DNA of 64,000 nt from assembly GCA_963837175.1 (NCBI GenBank), contig CAWIMJ010000034.1, forward strand, positions 64,001-128,000, read 5' to 3'. Positions 55,038 through 64,000 of the stretch are shown here, one piece after another; within the stretch, counting starts at the first letter, position 1; each line of letters opens with the position of its first letter. The notes under the pieces are model-generated. The model had not been told where the DNA came from. It saw nothing but the letters and a program-made list of their open reading frames with translations, and searched no databases. The stretch comes from an uncultured Nitrososphaeraceae archaeon (lineage in GTDB: Archaea > Thermoproteota > Nitrososphaeria > Nitrososphaerales > Nitrososphaeraceae). A program made the translations under genes and the position numbers.

Positions 55038-56399
55038 TTATCTCTCGCCTCGTTTAATGTGTGACCCCTTTTGTATCTCATTCAATACCTCCTCTATCAT
55101 TAGTTTTACATCTTCTTTGTCAGGATCTGTATCCATACGGCTTCTCATCTCATCCGACAATTTGATTTTGTCGGCAAGTGATAGCACCTTCTTTTCTATT
55201 TGTCGTTGGGTTTCTGCCATTCCTATCTTCTTCAAGACATCAGCATCAACTTCTAAGCCTCTATAGATCTCTCGTCGTAATTCAATATCTCTAGAAACAT
55301 ATGCTGCACATCCTAGCATTCCAACAAGAAGCATATATGATGATAGTCCTAGGAACAAAAGCGTGACAAGTCCAAATGGGGGATAAACCGCATAGAATGG
55401 CATTCCTGGTTGCATTGAACAAAATAATGAGACGATACCTATAGAAGAAATTATCAAATAGTTTTTCATGCTTTTTCGTTTCATTTTTCTTCCAATACTC
55501 AAGAAGGCAATAGCGAAAAATAACCCAGATACTTGATAGCTAATTCCGAAGATGACCTGGAATTGCTGGGAGTATATAATTTGAACTAGGGTAGGATCAG
55601 TTACTAAGTTTGTATCTCTTACGATAAATGAGAAAAGTTGGTAGAGTAATGGAATGCTAACTATTAGCCAGAATCTCTTCTTGCCAATTCTGTTTGCATA
55701 GGGTTTAAGTAACAAAACTGTGAGGATCCATGAAGGTATTATCATCATAGGTAAAACATAGTTTCCCAGTCCGTAAATGAATGCAATATCACGAGACGGA
55801 GTAATTACGGCCAAAATTAGAGATGTATAATCTCTAGGGTATATCAACTGGGACTGAATAGTAAACTGTTGTGTAAGCAATGGAATCGTGAGTAAAATTA
55901 GAAATAGAATCACACTGAAAACAACTCCATAAATTAGGATTGAAAATGATGTAGCAAATCTAAACCATTGTATGAATCTTAAAGATAGAATTCCAAGTAT
56001 AATAGCTGCCCAAAAATGACTGAGAAAAACTACTAATAATGAGAATATCTTGTTATATTCATGGAAAATAAGCATTTCTGAGATCGTGATAAACAATATG
56101 AGAGATATAGTGTACTGAACTATGGATGTACCAATATAAGCAACTCTAAACAACAATGGTCTACTAGTTGTCGAATAAATATCATTTCTTTTGGCGAATA
56201 GCAGCAATATGGTATTAATTATTGAAGCAATAATAACAAATGATGCAAACAATAACAAATGCAAATTGCCAGGAGTTCTTAAATCAGTTCCATATAAAAT
56301 GTTAATAAACTGGGAGTCCACTATAGTAACAACAACCATAAGTAAAATTAGTACAAGTGCCTGCTTGCTACCACTTAATGTACTAACTATAGAGAGCAT
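55038..56399 (-). CDS. Polytopic membrane protein
   Basis: About 10 hydrophobic segments and a charged C-terminal tail. Confidence 0.75.
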   Translation of the reverse strand: MLSIVSTLSGSKQALVLILLMVVVTIVDSQFINILYGTDLRTPGNLHLLLFASFVIIASIINTILLLFAKRNDIYSTTSRPLLFRVAYIGTSIVQYTISLILFITISEMLIFHEYNKIFSLLVVFLSHFWAAIILGILSLRFIQWFRFATSFSILIYGVVFSVILFLILLTIPLLTQQFTIQSQLIYPRDYTSLILAVITPSRDIAFIYGLGNYVLPMMIIPSWILTVLLLKPYANRIGKKRFWLIVSIPLLYQLFSFIVRDTNLVTDPTLVQIIYSQQFQVIFGISYQVSGLFFAIAFLSIGRKMKRKSMKNYLIISSIGIVSLFCSMQPGMPFYAVYPPFGLVTLLFLGLSSYMLLVGMLGCAAYVSRDIELRREIYRGLEVDADVLKKIGMAETQRQIEKKVLSLADKIKLSDEMRSRMDTDPDKEDVKLMIEEVLNEIQKGSHIKRGER

Positions 56400-56889
56400 A
56401 ATCTTGGGTCACACTCTATATACTATGAATGTAGCGGAAGATAACTTCCCTAACAGCTGCAAATAAAGTATCTATAGGAGGCAATGTATATAAATCGTTA
56501 GATCATAAAATTCAGTCAGAATTTCAGGAATTATTAATGTCTGGTAATGAATGGAAGTATGCTAACCATGAGACTGATAAGCCTTACAAAGTTTACACTC
56601 AAGTAAAACTTTTTTGATTTCATTATGCTTGATTGCTTGATTTAAATCTCAAATAAGTATATATATACATATATATATCTATATGTGAAACGAAATATAT
56701 AGAAACCCTCTTAATCAGGCTTACATGTTTTTCAAATTGTTAGTGATTTATGTCATATCTCCATTAGAACTTGGGAGAAGGACGCTAGTAGACGTATTAT
56801 TAGAAAGATATCTAATGGAGTTTATCATCAAATTTTAGAAACTTTTTCATAACTATAACCTTTTTTGTTGTTTTATTATGTTTTATAAT

Positions 56890-57402
56890 TTACTTATTTG
56901 TAGACAGGTGAGCTCTTAGCATCCACGCTATTTTTTCATGCTTTTCCATTATGCCAATTAGAAAATCATTTGTTCCCATATCATGATATTCATCTTCGCA
57001 TCTATCTGCGTCTCTCCGGAGACTTCTGATTATCACCTCATGGTCAGATAATAGATTCGAAATCATTTTGAGATCATTAGGATAATCACCAGGAAATTCC
57101 TTTAGTCTGCCATGTTCTACAAACTCAGAAAGGGTACCTAAAGACATACCATTAAGCTGACGCACACGCTCTGCTACCTCATCTATAATTTCAAGCGCTT
57201 CATATTGTTCTTGGAAGAATTTATTCTTCTCACTAAAATCCTATTCAACAATATTCCAATCATAGCTTCTAATTTCGGTAAAAAGGATGTATTCGTCACA
57301 TAGTGTATTGTTAAGAATTTGTACGACTCCATGACAAGCTTCCTTTGGAAGTCCAATATCAATATCAATAGCACTTTTGCTTTCTCTTATTAATTGAGTC
57401 AT
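56890..57402 (-). pseudogene. dps: Dps (DNA-binding ferritin-like) pseudogene
   Basis: IDEVAERVRQL, LLSDHE and HEKIAWMLRA. In-frame TAG near 57241, and the HWN motif is degraded to DWN. Confidence 0.85.
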
Positions 57403-57481
57403 GCAATAAAGTAATTGTAAATATGATGGTTATTTTGACCTAAACTATCTTTTTATATTTTATTGTGTAATTATTGTTCTC

Positions 57482-59022
57482 ATGATGAACCATAATAATG
57501 CAAGGTTCAACTTAGGATATGGTGTAATAACATTAGCGTTATTTGGACTAATACTATTATCAGTAATACCAATAATGTTTGGTAGTTCTTCTACTAAGAT
57601 TGTACAACCAGCACTGGGGCAAGGAGAAGATCCGTTCCCTGTATTTAGTAACGAGACATTAACTCCAGCTCAGCGCACCGCTCGCGAACAGCTTTTGAAA
57701 CAGGAAGGCTTCTCAGTCAATGTGATGGCGAGAAACCTCAGTGCGCCTTTCAATATTCTTTATGGTCCTGACGACACTCTCTGGATCACGGAGCGCACAG
57801 GAAAGAACATTACACGAATAGATCCGATCAATGGCACAAAGCTCAGCGAGCACACCTGTCCCCAAGGTTCACCAGTCCGCAGCTCAGGACGGCCTTTTAG
57901 GAATGACGTTTGACCCCAACTTCAATAACACGCGCCATATTTACGTTGCTTATACGTATGACGCGGCCCCCGGTGAGGAACTCGATCGCCGCACTAAAAT
58001 TACTCGATTCACGTACAGACCCGGCTACTAACACCATTAGCGAGCCCATGGACCTCATCAGCGGACTCTCGGGCAGCAGCGATCATAACTCTGGCCGCAT
58101 GACATTTGGCCCTGATGACAAGCTATACTATACTATAGGTGATCAGGGCAAAAACCAGCTCGCTTTGTTCTGTTTGAATGACCGGGCCGAGCATCTCCCA
58201 ACTGCGGAACAAGTTGCTGCCAAGAATTGGACCGAATATGAAGGTAAAGTACTCCGTATGAATCCGGATGGCTCCATCCCCGACGACAATCCAGAGATCA
58301 ACGGTGTCAAAAGCCACATCTATACATATGGTCACCGCAACGCGCAGGGAATAACTGTAGGTCTTAATGGAGATCTCTACGTAGCTGAGCATGGAGACAA
58401 TTCCGATGACGAAATTAATCGTCTCCAAGCGGGTGGAAACTATGGCTGGCCATACGTCGCAGGCTACAACGACAATAAAGCATATCAGTTCTATAACTGG
58501 TCTGCCGCAGAAAACTGTAAAGACCTGACGTATAATGATATTGCACCTGCACCTCCGGGTGTGCCTGTAAGAAATGAAAGTGAATTCAATGCATCAAACT
58601 TCGTACCTCCGCTCCACACGTTCTATACTGTCGAGAGTGAATATAACTTTACAAATCAAGCCAGGACATGTGGCGAGAGGGCCTCTGTCTGCTATCCAAC
58701 CGTCGCTCCTTCGAGTTTGCGTCTGTATACATCAAATGTTATTCCAGGCTGGGAGAACAACTTACTAATGACAACCCTGAAGGCAGGTAGGATCTTCCAA
58801 ATAGCGCTAAACGAGAATGGCACGGCACTTGCACACGAGCCCGTGGAACTTTTCCGCTCAGAGAACCGCTACCGTGACATCGCTTTTGGTCCGGACGGCC
58901 GTACTCTTTACGTGATTACTGACCCGATGGGTGTTGTGCAAGCCATGAAGGAAGACCCAATTACCCCGACCACTGCCCTGTGGAGTCCTGGCTCGCTGCT
59001 TGTGTTCAGGTATGAACGATAG
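57482..59022 (+). pseudogene. Quinoprotein glucose dehydrogenase (sGDH/GSDH), two frameshifts (~57848, ~58018)
   Basis: QDGLLGM, HNSGRM.FGPD, YGHRNAQG, DDEINRL..GGNYGWP and NRYRD. GC-richer than its flanks. Confidence 0.88.
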
Positions 59023-59134
59023 ATTGTCTAGGATAATTCTTCGTTCCAACTATCAAGTACAACAAAATCTATGAGAGCTTGAGTAGGTCTGAATATTGAT
59101 TCAATATCAATAATACAGCTTGAGCAAGAGGTTG

Positions 59135-59899
59135 TCAAGTAGTGTGGACAGGTGTTTCTCGAAATTCGCGAAAGTCTAATAAACCAAACTCATTTATGAA
59201 ATTATTTACAATTTGATTGTAACGCTGTACGTCTATATCTTTTTTCTTCCTTCTTAAGATGTTAATGTTATTAATCATTGTATTAAATCTGTCTAAATTC
59301 ATTGCTAATCCATAGTAATGGCGTACTCTTGCTAGGGTTGTCTCATAATGGCTCTTTATACCAGATGCAGTAGCGTCTGAAATTAAGATAATATCATACC
59401 CCAAATTAAAGGCATCTCTTATGGATGTTTCCACGCATATGGAAGTATCAATTCCACAGAATACTAAAACATTTATTCCAATGCTCTGTAACCACATTCT
59501 TAGTTCTGTATCCTGAAATGCTGAATCTCTTCGCTTTATGATTATATAATCGTCTTCTTTAGGTTTTATCTCATCAATTATTTGAGCGTCCCATGTTCCC
59601 CTTACAGTGATAGGTACCTTCAATCTTTCTTCTCTAGATTTAGGTAATAGAGTGTGAATTCTAGTCAAAAGATCTATCCCACTAGCTTCCCGAACTGCTT
59701 CAGTATAAAATACTGGGATATCTATCGATTTACAGAAATCAATAAGATCCTTCAACCTAGGAATAATCTCTCGATAAGGTGGCGTGTTCATTCCTAACCG
59801 ATCGTATGATCCCCGCTTAGCTACAAAACCGTTTTGCATATCAACAACAATAAGACCCATGCTAATTCTTCTAGCTTCATCGAGTTGTAATTCAAACAC
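59135..59899 (-). CDS. Isochorismatase-family cysteine hydrolase (RutB-like)
   Basis: VVDMQNGF, KRRDSAF and GIDTSICVETSIRDA. Confidence 0.9.
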   Translation of the reverse strand: MFELQLDEARRISMGLIVVDMQNGFVAKRGSYDRLGMNTPPYREIIPRLKDLIDFCKSIDIPVFYTEAVREASGIDLLTRIHTLLPKSREERLKVPITVRGTWDAQIIDEIKPKEDDYIIIKRRDSAFQDTELRMWLQSIGINVLVFCGIDTSICVETSIRDAFNLGYDIILISDATASGIKSHYETTLARVRHYYGLAMNLDRFNTMINNINILRRKKKDIDVQRYNQIVNNFINEFGLLDFREFRETPVHTT

Positions 59900-60172
59900 G
59901 CTGCTTGATATTCATAGTGAAATAAATAAACATGTCTAACCTGTTGCTCTTGCAATAAATAATATTCCCATACTGGTCTTAGAATTACAGTTCTACCCAA
60001 CTGGTCTTTGACTATGTTGAAATAGTCAATTTCAATGGTCTTTGTTCCAATGGGCATTGGAGCATTGGTCAACATGAATGGGCGTCAAATTTTTCATCTA
60101 TCATTATCTTGTTGCATAGATCACATCTAAAAACATATTATTACCGTTTAAGTTAAAAGAAAGATCATCACC

Positions 60173-60343
60173 TTATTGAAAGGGCTATAGAGTACGTAAA
60201 GATAGAACAGAAAATTTTGACGATTATTATCCTTGCAGAAATGAAAGAAGGTGTAAATTAATACACATTTTAAATTGGTTTAGAATGTTTATTGGTATGT
60301 ATAATAGAACTATTATCTGCTCTGTTGTTAGGTGAACACAGCC
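60173..60343 (+). mobile_element. IS6 3'-end remnant
   Basis: IERA.EY..DRTENFDDYYPCR and an end TTAGGTGAACACAGCC. Confidence 0.75.
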
Positions 60344-60441
60344 TAAATAACCATTCAAAATCAGATACATCCAGAGGGATTTGGGCTTTGCTCGTAGGCG
60401 GGTTCATTCTATTCGGTTATTTTTGCATATTTTAGCAGCTT

Positions 60442-60870
60442 CTATCTGACTAGCATTACCGAAGATTTTGCATGATGTAGGACTTTATTTGATACACTAC
60501 CAATTATCAATTCCTTAAATTTACCCATACCACGGCTACCCATTATTATAAGATCAAATTTTCCCATATCACTATATCCAATAATTTTGGAAGCAGGATC
60601 GCCTTCTACAAGAACAGTATGAATATTAATTCCACTCCTATTAGCCATTTCTTTACATCTTTCAAGTATTTTGGTATATTCTCTTTCATAATCTGCTCGG
60701 AGTTTTTCGATAATCTTTGGTGAATAAATATAAACAGTAGGTGGATGCTCTATTATATACAAGACTGTAATTTGTGCTTCTTGGATTTTTGTTGCTAAAA
60801 AAATAGCCTCTTCTAATGCTCTAAATGAGTTTGCTGAACCATCTATTGGAACCAATATCTTTGAAAGCAT
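60442..60870 (-). CDS. Universal stress protein (UspA family)
   Basis: KILVPIDGS, DLIIMGSRG and GSVSNKVLHHA. Confidence 0.93.
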   Translation of the reverse strand: MLSKILVPIDGSANSFRALEEAIFLATKIQEAQITVLYIIEHPPTVYIYSPKIIEKLRADYEREYTKILERCKEMANRSGINIHTVLVEGDPASKIIGYSDMGKFDLIIMGSRGMGKFKELIIGSVSNKVLHHAKSSVMLVR

Positions 60871-61029
60871 AGTTAATTATTTTATTTTGTAATATAATTA
60901 ATTCTTTGTTATAATCATGAGCATTTTATAACCAAAGAGAATTACGCTAAATGGTACATAGCCAATCGTCTAGTTACATTGCACGGATACTAAGGATTTC
61001 CTACAACATTTGCACATTAGACAGTATCT

Positions 61030-61340
61030 ATCTCCTTTGTGTACCATTATCAAAGGTAAGTTTAGTTATACTATACTGCCTAACATAATTTCGTATATCT
61101 TTTAAAAGCAAGAAAATGGCTTTTTTAAGCATAGTAAACCTCACATATTAAGAAAAATATGTAAACGAACTTTTGTTAGTTAGTATAGTACCCCATCCTA
61201 CATCCCAATCATGTGTATCAGGTAATCCAACATTAAATACTGTTCCATATTCAATAAAAGATGTCGACCAATGCAATTTTTCCACTGGTTATGTTCACTG
61301 CAATTACGCTGTTTGTACAATAATTTGGTGTCAATCTACT
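61030..61340 (-). pseudogene. PQQ beta-propeller paralog fragment interrupted by a MITE
   Basis: YGTVFNVGLPDTHDWDVGWGT|SITKLTFDNGTQ matches the 49038-50123 product. Confidence 0.75.
61074..61185. mobile_element. 112-bp MITE, copy 3
   Basis: TA at 61072-61073 and 61186-61187. Removing it restores the reading frame. Confidence 0.9.
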
Positions 61341-61599
61341 ATTTGTATTAAAATCAGGTGGATAGCAAAAGAAATAGTATCTCTTGCATAAAAAGGATGT
61401 TTGGAGAAAACATATTGGCTAGAAAATATAGTATATGGCCAAGGAAGTGCTATTGAAAGTGTCATTGTATAACATGTTGCTGGTATGAAATGACTGAAAA
61501 ACATTATTGGTATCATCTACAGGGATATCATCCATACAACAAAGCATACTACCATATGGTTGAGTAAGATATCTGGTCAGGATGTTTATACATGAAAAA

Positions 61600-61860
61600 C
61601 GCAGGCCAATCAAACCAAATCCTCCAATAACAGTTAATACTAGATACATTATTCCAAGTTTTCTATTAAGACTCTTTTTGATAATGCTTGGTATTATGGA
61701 GTAGATTAAACCCAAACCAAAAAGAACGCTTCCCATAAGTATCACCAAGTGTATATGTCCTACCACATTCAATGTATTGTGTAAATATACATTGGTACCC
61801 TACCTACCAGTTTGTATGCCAGCAAAACCTCCAAATGCCCATCCCGCAATCCCAGCCAGT
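61600..61860 (-). pseudogene. Heme-copper oxidase subunit I-like fragment
   Basis: GFAGIQ...NVYLHNTLNVVGHIHL resembles the H.T..V.GHxH heme-ligand motif. Internal stop. Confidence 0.65.
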
Positions 61861-61964
61861 CATAATAGTAAGACCTGTCTTTTGATTTCGATATTGATAT
61901 TTATTTCTGACCTGACATTCTAAAGGTGATTTTCATGCAAAAGGAGATTTTGATGTAATAGCAT

Positions 61965-63395
61965 ATGAATTACAAATGGACCGCATTAAGCAATACAATC
62001 ATTGGAACATTAATGGCAGCACTTGATAGAAATATAATTCTTATAGCATTACCTGCAATTGCATTAGATCTTCATACTTCATTTTTGACACTTATATGGA
62101 TAGTTCTTGTATATTGGCTTGTCACAGCAGCTGTACTTCTAAATTTTGGAAGACTTTCAGATATGTTTGGTAGAGTCAAATTATACAACATGGGGTTTGC
62201 ACTCTTTACAATAGGGTCGGGGTTGTGTAGCATATCTCAAACCGGAGAGCAGTTGATATTATTTAGAATAATTCAAGCTCTTGGAGCGGCATTCCTTTTT
62301 TCTAACAGTGCTGCAATAATCACCGATACATTCCCGGAAAATGAAAGAGCTAGAGCACTAGGATTAAATCAAACAGCTATTGTCATTGGCTCTGTAATAG
62401 GACTTGTGTTTGGAGGTTTTCTGACATCATATTTAGGATGGAGATCGATCTTCTGGGTTAATGTCCCCATAGGCACATTTGCTACAATTTGGTCTTACGC
62501 CAAATTAAGAGAACTAGGTGTTATAAGAAAAGAGAAGATCGATTGGCTGGGAAATATTACATTCGCAGGAGGATTGTCTATGATCTTAATCGGTGTAACT
62601 TTAGCCAATTTTAGAATTGTGACTCCAATTGAAATTTTTCTGTCAATAATAGGCGGCTTGTCGTTACTGCTGTTGTTTATCATCATAGAGAAAAGAACAC
62701 CTAAACCAATGTTTGATTTATCTTTATTTAAAATTCAGTCTTTCACAGGTGGAAATATTGCTATATTTCTTAACGCTCTTGCAAGAGGAGCCTTCATACT
62801 GATTATGTCATTTTATCTTCAGGGACCGTCAATGAGACTGAATTCGCTTGAGGCAGGTATTTATCTAATTCCAGTTTCTGCCGCTCTGGCAGTGTTTGCA
62901 CCAGTAAGCGGATGGTTATATGATAAATTTAAACTAAGAATTTTTGCATCAATAGGTTTATTGGTATCAGCAGTGGGGTTCTTTATTCTTACAAGAATAG
63001 AGGTAACAACATCTTTTTATGAAATTATAATTCCACTTGCTATGATAGGTGGCGGTATGGGTATATTTGCCTCACCAAATAGAGCGTCAATAATGACTTC
63101 TGTGCCTTCTTCTAGAAGAGGCGTGTCAGCAGGTATTAGTACTACATTTATTATGATGGGGAACTCCTTTAGTATTGGGCTAGTATTTCTAATAATGACC
63201 AACGTTATTCCACTGCACGCTGCTGAGCAGTTATTTTCAGGTTCATTTCAAGCATCAACATCTTCCATAGCCATTACCAGTTCCATAGTTAGTAAATTTT
63301 TAAGCTCGATTCATTTTGCCTTCTTTGTCTCAGCAGTTATTATGCTTATTTCAATTATTCCCTCACTAGTAATCAAATTGAATGGAAAGATGTAG
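61965..63395 (+). CDS. MFS drug/H+ antiporter (DHA2, EmrB/QacA-like)
   Basis: GRLSDMFGR, LGWRSIFWVNVPIG, IDWLG and many TM segments. Confidence 0.93.
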   Translation: MNYKWTALSNTIIGTLMAALDRNIILIALPAIALDLHTSFLTLIWIVLVYWLVTAAVLLNFGRLSDMFGRVKLYNMGFALFTIGSGLCSISQTGEQLILFRIIQALGAAFLFSNSAAIITDTFPENERARALGLNQTAIVIGSVIGLVFGGFLTSYLGWRSIFWVNVPIGTFATIWSYAKLRELGVIRKEKIDWLGNITFAGGLSMILIGVTLANFRIVTPIEIFLSIIGGLSLLLLFIIIEKRTPKPMFDLSLFKIQSFTGGNIAIFLNALARGAFILIMSFYLQGPSMRLNSLEAGIYLIPVSAALAVFAPVSGWLYDKFKLRIFASIGLLVSAVGFFILTRIEVTTSFYEIIIPLAMIGGGMGIFASPNRASIMTSVPSSRRGVSAGISTTFIMMGNSFSIGLVFLIMTNVIPLHAAEQLFSGSFQASTSSIAITSSIVSKFLSSIHFAFFVSAVIMLISIIPSLVIKLNGKM

Positions 63396-63556
63396 CAGTA
63401 GACCGAATAGTAAATAGAAACTGCATTTACTACACAAAACAGGCCTAAATAAATTCAAATGTTACTAAAGGGATAACTGAAAGGACTGATGCTAAAAACA
63501 AAAGAACAAAAATCTTTCTACTATTAGAGCTATTTAAAATTTTTTTGTTAACAATC

Positions 63557-64000
63557 CGCTCTGTTCACTTAACACTAAACCTATAGCTAAAGATGTTTCA
63601 CTTCTTTATTATATGGTCATATTCAAAAGAAGCAGAACACCTTCAAAATATGTTTATTACGCATTACACTTATACTTTTCAGGTCTATCACTTCGAAAAG
63701 CATCACAACATTTATCTCCATTTATTAAAAGAAATCATGTTTCCATATGGAATTGGATTCAGCGGTACAGACCAGAAAAAATATTTCAAAAGAAGCGAAT
63801 TAGAGTATCTGAATTCATTGTAGACGAAACTTTAGTTAAAGCAGGTAATGAATACATATGGCTATGGATTGCAATTGAACCAATAGATAAGATAATCCTT
63901 GGTATTCGTATTTCAATAGAAAGAAACATGCTTGTTGCAGAACAATTCCTTCAAAATTTAATTAGAAAATATGGAAAACATAGGATATCGACCGATGGTG
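63557..64000 (+). mobile_element. IS6-family element, frameshifted, cut by the window end
   Basis: End GCTCTGTTCACTTAAC; VDETLVKAG, WLWIAIE and STDG. Confidence 0.88.

Noticed and set aside
57238-57246. Pyrrolysine-type read-through of the TAG in dps
   Set aside because: Neighbouring conserved His residues are also mutated, which fits ordinary decay.
1-64000. CRISPR array or cas genes
   Set aside because: No regularly spaced repeat-spacer structure seen. The 27-bp and 68-bp repeats are coding duplications.

Overview
AT-rich archaeal DNA whose gene families (solo response regulators and His kinases, PQQ/sugar dehydrogenases, PII, UspA, FUN14, archaeal IS6/IS5 elements, HTH coiled-coil paralogs) point to a soil ammonia-oxidising archaeon (Nitrososphaeraceae-like). 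That assignment is inferred, not from a search. The window is an accessory, heavily decayed region with many pseudogenes, about 8 IS or IS remnants, three MITE families, and a same-strand series of tRNA-3'-end-like att motifs and integrase 5' stubs. Main candidates: (1) a divergent LodA/GoxA-like CTQ oxidase plus LodB-like flavoprotein operon (15.4-18.8 kb), followed by a tyrosinase plus VioB-like heme protein operon (20.4-23.7 kb); (2) an IS6 with the same 188-bp TTAA-duplicating MITE inserted in both terminal inverted repeats; (3) a GC-rich DUF2272-like amidase gene; (4) tRNA-Thr-like halves flanking an IS-interrupted Zn-ribbon ORF. All family calls come from motif recognition by eye.
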